Program-made: the position numbers and the translations under genes
Assembly (NCBI GenBank): GCA_036559745.1
Contig: DATBSO010000184.1
Coordinates: 14,023-78,022 of the forward strand
Origin: Gemmatimonadales bacterium
GTDB lineage: Bacteria > Gemmatimonadota > Gemmatimonadetes > Gemmatimonadales > GWC2-71-9
DNA length: 64,000 bases
Direction: 5' to 3'
In this document: positions 46,630 to 55,186 of the stretch, piece by piece
Numbering within the stretch: position 1 is the stretch's first letter
How the letters are laid out: each line of letters opens with the position of its first letter
Notes under the pieces: generated by a model
Databases searched by the model: none
Seen by the model: only the letters and a program-made list of their open reading frames with translations
What the model was told of the DNA's origin: nothing

Positions 46630-48068
46630 CCAGCGTTCGCCTGCCGATCTCGACCGCGCGCCGGCCGAGCCTCCTACATCGGATCGCAGCCTACTCGGCG
46701 AGCCGCGGTGTCACGGAGGGACTCCTCGGGCTTCGCGGCATCGCGCTCGCCACCGTGCTTGGCCCTGCCGGCTTCGGTGCCTGGGCGCTGCTCCGGCTCT
46801 CGATGCGCTACGGCACCTTCGCCGCGCTCGGCGTCTTTCGTGGCATGGAGCTGGAGATGTTGAGCGTCCGCCGAGGCGACCGGGGCACCGCGGACTACGC
46901 GGCGAGCGCGGCACTCGGCTTCATTCTGGCGGAAACAGGGACGCTCGCGGCCATTGCTGTCGTCGCTTCGTTCCTGGTGAGGGACCCGGCCCACGCGCTC
47001 GTCCTTCGAGGATTCGCCGCCGCGGTGATCTTCGAGCAGACCTACATCTATGCGATGGTGTGGACCCGGGTACGAACGACGCTCCGGCGCTACGCCATTC
47101 TCGAGATGGCCAATGCTGCCCTTCAGCTCGTGTGCGGAGCATCGCTCGCCTGGGTCTGGGGGCTTCCGGGCGCCTTTGCCGGGATGGCGCTGGCGAGCGC
47201 GCTCGCGATCGCGTTGTCCGCCGGCTGGGTGGTCTTCCGTCCCGCGATCCGGCCCGTGCCGCTGCGACGTCTGCTCGGCGTCGGCATTCCGATCACGGCT
47301 TCGATGCTGCTCGCCACCGCGCTCTACACCGCCGACCGATGGGTCGTCGCCGCGCTGGGCGGCGCGACCCTGCTCGGCTACTACGCGTTCGCCGCCGCGG
47401 TCGCCGATGTGACCGGATCGTTCGCCTGGGTGGTGCGAACCGTCGTGTTCGCCGACGTGTACGGGCTGGCCCAGTCGTCCGGGGCGGCGGCTGCGCTCAC
47501 CCGTCACTTCGATCGTGCCGTGATCCCGTTCGCACGGCTCTACCCACCGCTCCTCGGTGCGCTCGCCTGCGTGCTCGGACCCGTCGTGACCCTCGTCGTG
47601 CCCCAGTATCTCCCCGCGGTGGCGCCGGCGAGACTCTTTCTCCTGTGCGGCGCGGCCGGCGGCATCGTGAGCCTCGCGGCGGTCGGCGCGGTCGCGGCGG
47701 GGAAGCATCGGAGCCTGCCCATCCTCTCGGCCGGCGCGCTGGTCGTGAGCCTCTCGCTCTCGGTCGGCGCGATCCGATCAGGCTTGGGGCTCGAGGCAGT
47801 GGCCGCTGCGGCCCTCACCGGCCAGGCGATCTATGCGGCCGGGGTTCTGTGGCTCACCTGCCGGGAGAGCGGGCGCACGGATACGGTCGCATTTCTCCGG
47901 CGCGCGCTTCTTCCCCTCGTCTGGTGTACGGCGGCGGTGGTCACGGTCGGGCGGCTCTTTCCCGGAAACGATTTCGCGTCCGCCGGCCTCGCGCTCCTCG
48001 CCTATCTCCTTCTGATGGTTCCCCTCGTGCCGTCCATCCGCCGCGAGTGGCGGGGAGTGCGGAGGTAA
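46626..48068 (+). CDS. MOP-superfamily (Wzx/polysaccharide-biosynthesis-protein-like) flippase/exporter
   Basis: ATGA overlap at 46626-46629. 480 aa, at least 12 hydrophobic helices. N-terminus ..LRGIALATVLGPAGFGAWALL.. is typical of Polysacc_synt proteins. Confidence 0.75.
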   Translation: MTSVRLPISTARRPSLLHRIAAYSASRGVTEGLLGLRGIALATVLGPAGFGAWALLRLSMRYGTFAALGVFRGMELEMLSVRRGDRGTADYAASAALGFILAETGTLAAIAVVASFLVRDPAHALVLRGFAAAVIFEQTYIYAMVWTRVRTTLRRYAILEMANAALQLVCGASLAWVWGLPGAFAGMALASALAIALSAGWVVFRPAIRPVPLRRLLGVGIPITASMLLATALYTADRWVVAALGGATLLGYYAFAAAVADVTGSFAWVVRTVVFADVYGLAQSSGAAAALTRHFDRAVIPFARLYPPLLGALACVLGPVVTLVVPQYLPAVAPARLFLLCGAAGGIVSLAAVGAVAAGKHRSLPILSAGALVVSLSLSVGAIRSGLGLEAVAAAALTGQAIYAAGVLWLTCRESGRTDTVAFLRRALLPLVWCTAAVVTVGRLFPGNDFASAGLALLAYLLLMVPLVPSIRREWRGVRR

Positions 48069-48071
48069 ACG

Positions 48072-48920
48072 ATGGCCGCTCCGCGCGAGCGACTCTCCGT
48101 CGTGGTGCTCACGTCGATCCCGCTCGGGATCGAGGTGGCGGCGGCGCTCAAGGCGTTGCCGGAGGTCGGGCGCATCGTGCTCCTCACGGCCCCGGCCGCG
48201 CCGTCGCGATCCATGCTTGATCAGCTGAAGGTCACCTGGCGGTACGAGGGAATACCGGGTCTTCTCCGAGCCGTGTTGCGGCGCGCGCGAAAGGCGGCAC
48301 GGCTCGAAGAGGGGAACAAGGTCGCCGCCCAGGCGGCTCGCCGTTGCCCCAGCGTCGCCCACTTCGCGATGCCTCGCTTTCACTCGGAGACCTGCCGCGC
48401 CTTCATCGACGCGATGGCCCCGGACCTCGGCGTGGTCGTCGGCACCCACATCCTGCGTGGAGACCTCTACCGCATCCCGCGTCTCGGCTGCATCAACCTC
48501 CACCTGGGCGCGGCGCCCGAATTCCGCGGCTCCTCCCCCGGCTTCTACGAGCTGCTGGAGGGCGTTGGGGAGGCGGGCGTCACGATTCACCGGGTGACCG
48601 ATACCCTCGACGGCGGCAACATTCTTCTCCAGGAGCGGTTCCCGCTCGACATCGCCCCCAAGGGCGATCCCCTCGAGTATCTCTCGCGTTATGTCGCCGA
48701 CGTGCTCTGCCCCAACGGCGTGCGGATGATGACCGCCGCGGTGGCGGCACTGGCCCGAGGCGCCTGCGCGGAGCGAATTCAGGACGTCTCCCGGGCCCGC
48801 CCGCACCGGCGTGCGACCTGGGCGCTCAAGAAGGCGCTTCGGCGTCGGGTGGCCGGGAGAAGGGCGGCGCGGAGGGGAACCGTTCACGGGAGGTTGACAT
48901 CCCCCGCGACCGAGCCGTAA
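48072..48920 (+). CDS. Formyltransferase (Fmt/ArnA N-domain-like)
   Basis: Starts 3 nt after the exporter stop. ..GCINLHLGAAPEFRGSSPGFYEL.. (catalytic N/H region) and ..TIHRVTDTLDGGNIL.. (catalytic Asp region). Arg-rich tail. Confidence 0.8.
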   Translation: MAAPRERLSVVVLTSIPLGIEVAAALKALPEVGRIVLLTAPAAPSRSMLDQLKVTWRYEGIPGLLRAVLRRARKAARLEEGNKVAAQAARRCPSVAHFAMPRFHSETCRAFIDAMAPDLGVVVGTHILRGDLYRIPRLGCINLHLGAAPEFRGSSPGFYELLEGVGEAGVTIHRVTDTLDGGNILLQERFPLDIAPKGDPLEYLSRYVADVLCPNGVRMMTAAVAALARGACAERIQDVSRARPHRRATWALKKALRRRVAGRRAARRGTVHGRLTSPATEP

Positions 48921-48989
48921 GTTGCCGGGAACTAATCCCTAGCAGCCGAGTCTGAATTTGTCACAACGCCGTATCATGCGCCCCTGTTG

Positions 48990-49019
48990 CTGCCCTGTCC
49001 CAGCCGGACAGGAGGGCAG
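48990..49019 (+). terminator. Bulged GC hairpin downstream of the cluster (possible terminator)
   Basis: CTGCCC-TGTCC (48990-49000) pairs with GGACA-gga-GGGCAG (49006-49019), about 70 nt after the formyltransferase stop. No U-tract. Confidence 0.3.
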
Positions 49020-49144
49020 GCGCTGACCTACGTCGAGGCACATGCTGCATGAGTCGACGGCCGCGCCCTCCCAACCGGGTCACGCGGCCGATTTCATTTT
49101 CCGGGTTTGACGGTCTGTCCAATGCGAGGGAACGAGGAGGAGTT

Positions 49145-50038
49145 ATGGGAGCAGCACAAGCAGTGCGTCCAGTTGTCCCAATCGACCAGCGGGGCTACGC
49201 CCACCCCGAGGTCCTGGTGTCGACCGACTGGGCGGCCGAGCACCTCAACGATCCAAAGGTCCGCCTGATCGAATCGAACGAGGACATTCTCCTCTATGAC
49301 ACCGGGCACATCCCGGGCGCGGTCAAGCTCGACTGGACTACGGACCTGAACGATCCCGTCGTGCGTGACTACATCGACCGCGAGCGGCTCCAGAAGTTGC
49401 TGCGGGCGAAGGGCGTCAGCGACGACACGACGATCGTCTTCTATGGCGACAAGAACAACTGGTGGGCGACCTATGCCCTCTGGGTGCTTCAGCTCTTCGG
49501 TATCACGAACATCAAGATCCTCGACGGCGGCCGGCTCCGCTGGGTCGAGGAGGGCCGGAAGCTCAGCACGGACACGCCGACGTATCCGGCAGGCAACATC
49601 ACGCTCAAGGAGCGGGACGACGCCAAGATCCGCGCGTTCCGTGAGGATGTGCTGGCGCATCTGAAGAAGAAGGGTCAGCTGGTGGACGTGCGGAGCCCCG
49701 AGGAGTATCGCGGAGAGCGGACCCATATGCCCGAGTATCCGCAGGAGGGATGCCTCAGAGGCGGCCACATCCCCGGCGCCAAGAGCATTCCGTGGGCCAA
49801 GGCGGTGGATCCCGACACCCACACTTTCCGCCCGGCGAGCGAGCTCAAGAAGCTGTACGAGCAGGACAACAATCTGAAGAAGGATTCCGAGACGATCGCG
49901 TATTGCCGGATCGGTGAGCGCTCGTCCCACACGTGGTTCGCGCTCACCTATCTCCTCGGCTTCGACAACGTCCGCAACTACGACGGCTCGTGGACGGAGT
50001 GGGGCAATGCGGTGAGACTGCCGGTGGAGAAGCCGTAA
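49145..50038 (+). CDS. Thiosulfate sulfurtransferase (tandem rhodanese domains)
   Basis: ATG 49145 is preceded by GGAGGAG. ..[14 protein letters not shown].., active-site loop ..[14 protein letters not shown].., ..[10 protein letters not shown]... Confidence 0.9.
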   Translation: MGAAQAVRPVVPIDQRGYAHPEVLVSTDWAAEHLNDPKVRLIESNEDILLYDTGHIPGAVKLDWTTDLNDPVVRDYIDRERLQKLLRAKGVSDDTTIVFYGDKNNWWATYALWVLQLFGITNIKILDGGRLRWVEEGRKLSTDTPTYPAGNITLKERDDAKIRAFREDVLAHLKKKGQLVDVRSPEEYRGERTHMPEYPQEGCLRGGHIPGAKSIPWAKAVDPDTHTFRPASELKKLYEQDNNLKKDSETIAYCRIGERSSHTWFALTYLLGFDNVRNYDGSWTEWGNAVRLPVEKP

Positions 50039-50040
50039 GA

Positions 50041-50128
50041 GAAGACGGAAAAGACGGAGAGGACGGAGAAGACGGAAAGGTCCGCCCCACCTCTCCGTCC
50101 TTTCCGTCCTCTCCGTCTTCTCCGTCTT
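50041..50128. repeat. Long imperfect palindrome built from 9-bp tandem units (RARGACGGA x4 / inverted x4); probable bidirectional terminator between convergent genes
   Basis: Left arm 50041-50080 reads GAAGACGGA AAAGACGGA GAGGACGGA GAAGACGGA AAGG. Loop tccgcccca. Right arm 50090-50128 reads CC TCTCCGTCC TTTCCGTCC TCTCCGTCT TCTCCGTCT T. About 35 of 39 positions pair (hand count). The element fills the whole gap between stops at 50038 and 50127. Confidence 0.75.
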
Positions 50129-50885
50129 ATTTCATCTTGTCCGGATAGTTGGTGACAATCCCCGCCACCCCCCGTGCCCATAAGGCCCGAGCGGTGGCGG
50201 GTTCGTTGATGGTCCAGACGTCCACCGGGCAGCCCAGCGTCCGCGCGCACTTCACGAATCGTTCCGTGGGGACGGTGATGAGCTTGTGCTTCTCCGGCAC
50301 GGAGAGGAGCCGGTATCCGACACGGGGCAGGGGAAGCCGGAGGAGCGCGGCGCGGTAGAGTGCCGAGATTTCGGGACCGGACGCGGCGCGCACGAAGGGA
50401 GGCGCGGTGAAGAGCTCGAGCGCCGCCCGATGCTCGGAGGCGAGTACACACCGGTCAGCCGCCCCTTCGGTCACCAGCACCCGCTGCACCGCCGCCTGCA
50501 CCTCCGGCTCCTTGATCTCGATCAGGATCGGCATCCGCGGAAACGACCACAGCACTTCCCCGAGGGTCGGGACACGGACACCGGTATCGCGGAACGGAAA
50601 GGTCCGGCCTCCATCGGTTGTGAAGTGATGGCCGGCGTCGGCCGATCGCAGATCGACCAGCGTCTGGCCCCGGACCGGCCCCGATTTGTCGGTCGTGCGG
50701 TCCATCGTCGCGTCGTGTATCACGACCGGCGCGCCGTCCCGGCTCAGCCGGACGTCGAGCTCGAACGCATCGGCGCCCTGGCTCGCGGCCAGATCGAAAG
50801 CCTGAAGCGTATTCTCCGGCGCGCTTCCCGAGGCCCCGCGATGGGCGATGACGGGGCGCGCCGCGAGATCGAGCAAGGGATTCAT
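50127..50885 (-). CDS. Glycerophosphodiester phosphodiesterase (GDPD family)
   Basis: ATG 50885 overlaps the upstream stop (ATGA). ..VIAHRGASGSAPENTLQAF...GADAFELDVRLSRDGAPVVIHD.. is the canonical GDPD N-terminus. Confidence 0.85.
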   Translation of the reverse strand: MNPLLDLAARPVIAHRGASGSAPENTLQAFDLAASQGADAFELDVRLSRDGAPVVIHDATMDRTTDKSGPVRGQTLVDLRSADAGHHFTTDGGRTFPFRDTGVRVPTLGEVLWSFPRMPILIEIKEPEVQAAVQRVLVTEGAADRCVLASEHRAALELFTAPPFVRAASGPEISALYRAALLRLPLPRVGYRLLSVPEKHKLITVPTERFVKCARTLGCPVDVWTINEPATARALWARGVAGIVTNYPDKMK

Positions 50886-52510
50886 CCGCCACCGAATTGA
50901 GCACGCAGCGTGTCGCGCAGCGCGGACTTGAGAAACTTGCCCGTCGAGGTTCTGGGGATTGCCGGCACGAAGACCACGTGATCGGGCAACCACCAGGAGG
51001 GGAATCGTTCAGCCAGGTGCGTGCGAAGCTCGTCCGGTGTGACCGAGTGACCGCTTCGCAGGACGACCGCGGCGGCAGGCCGCTCGATCCATTTGGGATG
51101 TGGCACAGCGACGACCGCAGCCTCGGCGACCGCCCGATGGCTCATGAGCGCTCCCTCGAGCGCCACCGAACTGATCCACTCACCTCCCGATTTGATGAGG
51201 TCCTTGCTTCGGTCGCGGATGTCGAGCGTGCCCATCGGGTCAATCGAGGCGATGTCGCCGGTGCGGAACCAACCGTCGTCGGTGAAGCCGTTGTCGTCCT
51301 CCGGACGATAATACGCGGCCGCGACGTATGCGCCCCGGACCTCGAGCTCGCCCATCGTTACGCCGTCCCAGGGGACCAGTCCAGCATCGTTTCGCACCCG
51401 CAGCTCGAGCAGTGCGCCGGGCTGACCCGCCTTGAGCCGGAGGATGTGTTGCTCGGCGGGCGACAACGACGCGCTGTCCGGTGTGAGCCGCCCGATCGTG
51501 CCGACCGGCGCGATCTCCGTCATGCCCCAGGACGTCACCGGCCGCAGCCCATGTCGCTCCTCGAGTCCCCGCACGAGGGCGTCGGGTGCCGCGCCGCCAC
51601 CGATCACGAGCGTGCGAAGGCGGGAGAGGTTCCATCCGTCAGGTGCGGCATCGAGCGCGTCGAGCACGCCGAGCCAGAGGGTGGGCACTCCCGCGCTCAT
51701 CGTGACTCCTTCGCCGTGACAGAGATCGAGAAGCACGCGCGCATCGGGATGCTCACCGGGGAGCACGAGCGCGGCGCCGGTGAGCGCGGCGGTGTAGGGC
51801 AGCCCCCAGGCATTGGCGTGGAACATCGGCACCGCGGCGAGGACCACGTCGTGGGCGCCGAGCGCAAAGCTGTCGGGCATGGCGGTCGCCATCGAGTGCA
51901 GGACCAGGGCGCGATGGGAGTAGACCACGGCCTTCGGGCGTCCGGTCGTGCCCGACGTGTAGCACATGGAGGCCGCGGCACGCTCGTCCTGCTCGACGGG
52001 CGACTCGATCTCCGACACACTCGCGATCAACGAGTCGTAGTTGTGCATCCCCTCGGCAACGTCGCCTGCGTCCCCGGCCACGATCACCTCGCGGATCGGC
52101 GTTCGGGAGCGGAAGCGATCGAGCAGCGGCAGGAGTGAGGCGTCCACCAGAACCACGCGGTCCTCCGCGTGCGTCGCGATGTAGGCCAGCTCGTCGGGAT
52201 GGAGCCGCAAGTTGAGCGTGTGGAGCACGGCACCGATCAGCGGTGCCGCGAAGTAGGCCTCGAAGTGTCGGTGATGGTTCCAGCACAGCGTGGCGACACG
52301 GTCGCCGGGGCCGACCCCGAGGCGGCGCAGCGCGATCGCGAGCCGGCGGGCCCTGGCGAGTGATTGGCCGTAAGTGGACCGGTGCAGCGATCCGTCCGTG
52401 TTTCTGCTGATCACCGGCCGTTGCTGCCAGAGCGTTCCCGCCCGCCGGGCGATGGCGGTGATGGTGAGCGGATAGTCCATCGTGAGGCCGCGCATGGGCT
52501 CGCCGGTCAC
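50882..52510 (-). CDS. Long-chain fatty-acid--CoA ligase (AMP-binding family)
   Basis: ..MCYTSGTTGRPKAVVYSHR.. (AMP motif), ..WGMTE.., ..GWFRTGDIA.., ..DRSKDLIKSGGEWISS... Start is GTG 52510 overlapping the esterase stop (GTGA); alternative ATG 52495. Confidence 0.9.
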   Translation of the reverse strand: MTGEPMRGLTMDYPLTITAIARRAGTLWQQRPVISRNTDGSLHRSTYGQSLARARRLAIALRRLGVGPGDRVATLCWNHHRHFEAYFAAPLIGAVLHTLNLRLHPDELAYIATHAEDRVVLVDASLLPLLDRFRSRTPIREVIVAGDAGDVAEGMHNYDSLIASVSEIESPVEQDERAAASMCYTSGTTGRPKAVVYSHRALVLHSMATAMPDSFALGAHDVVLAAVPMFHANAWGLPYTAALTGAALVLPGEHPDARVLLDLCHGEGVTMSAGVPTLWLGVLDALDAAPDGWNLSRLRTLVIGGGAAPDALVRGLEERHGLRPVTSWGMTEIAPVGTIGRLTPDSASLSPAEQHILRLKAGQPGALLELRVRNDAGLVPWDGVTMGELEVRGAYVAAAYYRPEDDNGFTDDGWFRTGDIASIDPMGTLDIRDRSKDLIKSGGEWISSVALEGALMSHRAVAEAAVVAVPHPKWIERPAAAVVLRSGHSVTPDELRTHLAERFPSWWLPDHVVFVPAIPRTSTGKFLKSALRDTLRAQFGGG

Positions 52511-53421
52511 GGCTTGGGGTGGCTGGCGAAGAACGACCAGATCGTCGTGGTCGCGTCGAGATCCCGAGTTACTCGTCCGAGCGCACGAGCCCAACCCGGC
52601 CCGCCCGGCCAGGTGTGGCCGCCGCCTTCAATAGTGTAGAGCTCGACATCGCGGCTCTCCCTGCACCCGCTCCACGTACTGAGGCGGACCCTGGTGCCGT
52701 CGGTGACCCGGTCGGCCTCGGGCGTGACCGTGGGCTCACCGGTGCATCCGGCGATGCCGGCCCAGAGCTCGACGCTCGCGGTGGCGGACAGCACCTCGCC
52801 GCGCCGGGACGCGACATTGCCGCCGCTGTATGGAACCAGTCGGTCTTCAGTGCCCTGGAACGCGGCGACGGCGACGGGTGGGACGTGCGCGCACTGTGTC
52901 GTGAGCGCGGCGGGCATCGCGCCCGCCACGGGGGCGATACCCGCGAGCACGCCGGGGAGGTCGCAGGCCAGCCGGTAGGAGAACATGGCGCCGTTGGAGA
53001 TCCCCGTGGCGTAGATGCGACCCGAGTCGAGACTGAGCTCGCGCCCCAGCGTGTCGATGAGCGCGCGAATGAAGCCGACATCGTCGCTCGGGACGAGTCG
53101 GCGCCCGTCGTTCCATCGCCGGCCGAGTCCGGCAGGGTAGGCCACCACGAACCCCTCCCGCTCGGCGAGGAGGGTGAACTTCGTGGCGCGGGCCATCTGC
53201 CTCGGATACCCGCCGGCGCCGTGGAAGACGATCACGAGTGCAGCCGGGTGCGACGCGTGATACCCGGTTGGCACATAGAGGAGATAGCTGCGCTCGATGC
53301 CGTCGACGGTGAGCGTGCGCGCCCTGGCCGCCGGCGCCGACTGCGCGGCCGCGGAGCGGGGAACCGAACCAAGCATCGTAAGCGCGATCAGCATACGGGT
53401 CGTGTGCCGGAGTGGAGTCAT
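52507..53421 (-). CDS. PHB-depolymerase-family (LpqC-like) secreted esterase
   Basis: ATG 53421 gives the signal peptide ..MLIALTMLGSVPRSAAAQ. ..LVIVFHGAGG.., nucleophile elbow ..ATGISNGAMF.., ..GGGHTWPG... Confidence 0.8.
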   Translation of the reverse strand: MTPLRHTTRMLIALTMLGSVPRSAAAQSAPAARARTLTVDGIERSYLLYVPTGYHASHPAALVIVFHGAGGYPRQMARATKFTLLAEREGFVVAYPAGLGRRWNDGRRLVPSDDVGFIRALIDTLGRELSLDSGRIYATGISNGAMFSYRLACDLPGVLAGIAPVAGAMPAALTTQCAHVPPVAVAAFQGTEDRLVPYSGGNVASRRGEVLSATASVELWAGIAGCTGEPTVTPEADRVTDGTRVRLSTWSGCRESRDVELYTIEGGGHTWPGGPGWARALGRVTRDLDATTTIWSFFASHPKP

Positions 53422-53567
53422 CGTGCTGCATTTAAGCGGGGGCCCGGGTGTCCCACAACTATGCCACCTTCCCCTTGTGATTCCAGGGAAGCTGCGCGCC
53501 GGGTAACGCGCGGGACTTTTCTCCGGCTGGCGGGTATACATACAGGACACCCGTCTCCGGAATCTGC

Positions 53568-54221
53568 ATGACGAAGCCGAGCGACATCTCCGATCTCCGC
53601 CGCGAGTACTCCCGCGCCCGACTCGACGAGTCGGACGTGAGCCACGACCCATTCGTCGAGTTCGCGCGCTGGTTCGCGGAGGCCCAGGATGCGCAGCTAC
53701 CCGAGCCCAACGCGATGACGCTCGCGACGGCATCGGCGGAAGGCGTGCCTTCGGCCAGGATCGTGTTGCTCAAGGCGTTCGACGAGCGCGGATTCGTCTT
53801 CTTTTCCGACTATCGGAGCCGGAAGGGCGGGGAGCTCGAGGCCAACCCCAGGGCTGCGCTGGTGTTCTATTGGGGCGAACTGGACCGTCAGGTGCGGATC
53901 ACGGGCGGAGTCGCGCTCACGGCGCATGAGGAGTCGGAGCGCTACTTCAAGTCCCGCCCGCTCGGGAGCCGGCTCGGCGCGTGGGCATCACGCCAGAGCC
54001 AGGTCATCCCCTCGAGAGCGACACTGGAGAGGGACCTGCAGGAGGTGGAGGCTCGTTTCGGCACGGATGACGTGCCGCTGCCGCCGTATTGGGGTGGCTA
54101 CCGGGTCGTCCCTGACACGATCGAATTCTGGCAAGGCCGGGAGAGTCGGCTCCACGACCGGATCCGCTACGTGAAGGAAGCGGGGGCGAAAGGCTGGAGG
54201 GTGGAGCGATTGTCGCCGTAG
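53568..54221 (+). CDS. pdxH: Pyridoxamine 5'-phosphate oxidase
   Basis: 217 aa. ..[13 protein letters not shown]...[10 protein letters not shown]...PSARIVLLK..., ..[28 protein letters not shown].., ..[16 protein letters not shown].. is classical PdxH. Confidence 0.95.
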   Translation: MTKPSDISDLRREYSRARLDESDVSHDPFVEFARWFAEAQDAQLPEPNAMTLATASAEGVPSARIVLLKAFDERGFVFFSDYRSRKGGELEANPRAALVFYWGELDRQVRITGGVALTAHEESERYFKSRPLGSRLGAWASRQSQVIPSRATLERDLQEVEARFGTDDVPLPPYWGGYRVVPDTIEFWQGRESRLHDRIRYVKEAGAKGWRVERLSP

Positions 54222-54267
54222 AGGGAGACCGCGCAGCACCCCACTGCGCCCCGCCCCATGTTAGCCA

Positions 54268-54312
54268 AGTCACATCCGTCCTTCTCTCCAGGTCACATCC
54301 TTCGTTCTCTCC
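54268..54312 (+). repeat. Tandem imperfect 22-bp direct repeat (GTCACATCC-N-TC-N-TTCTCTCC x2) upstream of the small paralog pair
   Basis: 54268-54289 reads aGTCACATCCgTCcTTCTCTCC and 54291-54312 reads gGTCACATCCtTCgTTCTCTCC, 19 of 22 identical by hand count. A third GTCAC occurs at 54329-54333. Confidence 0.6.
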
Positions 54313-54420
54313 TCCGTGTATGATTGCAGTCACGCGGGTACGGCCCAAAACCGAGGCCGCCCGCACGGAGGCCAAATGCGTGATCAGCGATTGTCCGATA
54401 TGAGCCCCCCTCGAACGACC

Positions 54421-54666
54421 ATGGACCGTGGCTCCGATTCGTTTCTCTGGGGGGTCCGATGGGAAACCATCGAGCATCACGGGAACGCGCCTCTTTTCGG
54501 GGCTCTCATGCCCTATTGTTACGCGACCCTGGATGAAGCTCGCCATGAACTGCGCCGGTTGCAGCAAGAGCAACCGACGCAGATCAACCCCCTGCTGGGA
54601 GGGGAACCCCGGGACGTTCGGTATTTCCTGATTGCCCGCCGGGCATCCGAGCTGCTGGAGCCCTGA
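54421..54666 (+). CDS. Small hypothetical protein, WGVRWET-motif paralog A (81 aa)
   Basis: In-frame ATG 54421 gives an 81-aa product that aligns without gaps to paralog B over its whole length. Longer alternatives are ATG 54376 (GGAGG 4 nt upstream) and GTG 54316. No family recognised. Confidence 0.5.
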   Translation: MDRGSDSFLWGVRWETIEHHGNAPLFGALMPYCYATLDEARHELRRLQQEQPTQINPLLGGEPRDVRYFLIARRASELLEP

Positions 54667-54845
54667 GGAGTCTGCCCTAGAGCACGAACGCAGTGTTGTC
54701 CCGGCCTCCAATCCGCGATTCTGTCGACTTCGATCTCCGTCGAGATCGGCGCATTACTCATTCCCTATCGTCCAACACAACCCGAGGCGCACAGCATGAA
54801 CGTTCACGGGCGTACGATCGATCGGCTACCGGGGGCCTAGCCTTC

Positions 54846-55091
54846 GTGCGTGGCATTTCCGGCATGCTGGCGTGGGGAGTCCGCTGGGAGACGGTCGATC
54901 GTGCCGATGGAGTACCTGTCTACGGGATGCTCCTGCCCGAGGCGTATGGAACGAGGCGCCAGGCGCGACGGGCCCAGCGACGGATGGCTCGCTTGCATCC
55001 CTACCAGACCAACCCATTCGGCGCGGGTGACCGGTTGCGGGTGCGTTATGTCGTCTTTGCCCGGCCCGCCCGTGAAGTCTCTGGCTCGTGA
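54846..55091 (+). CDS. Small hypothetical protein, WGVRWET-motif paralog B (81 aa)
   Basis: GTG 54846 gives an 81-aa product, the same length as paralog A. About 30 of 81 positions are identical (WGVRWET, P..G.L.P..Y.T, AR..RR, P.Q.NP, VRY..AR). Alternative start ATG 54864. Confidence 0.5.
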   Translation: MRGISGMLAWGVRWETVDRADGVPVYGMLLPEAYGTRRQARRAQRRMARLHPYQTNPFGAGDRLRVRYVVFARPAREVSGS

Positions 55092-55186
55092 GGCGTACGC
55101 TGCGTCCGGAAGCCGACGCGGACGTCTGGCGGGGACGCAGATGTGCCGTATCATTGCTCATTGGACGAAATGAGGCTCGACCTGCC

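Noticed and set aside
50041-50128. Possible CRISPR-like array
   Set aside because: The units are only 9 bp, directly abutting with no spacers, and arranged as an inverted repeat. No cas genes are present in the window.
49933-50148. 71-aa ORF with EDGKDGEDGEDGK / SPSFPSSPSSPS repeats
   Set aside because: It is simply the translation of the 9-bp-unit palindrome between two convergent genes. There is no start context and no coding logic.
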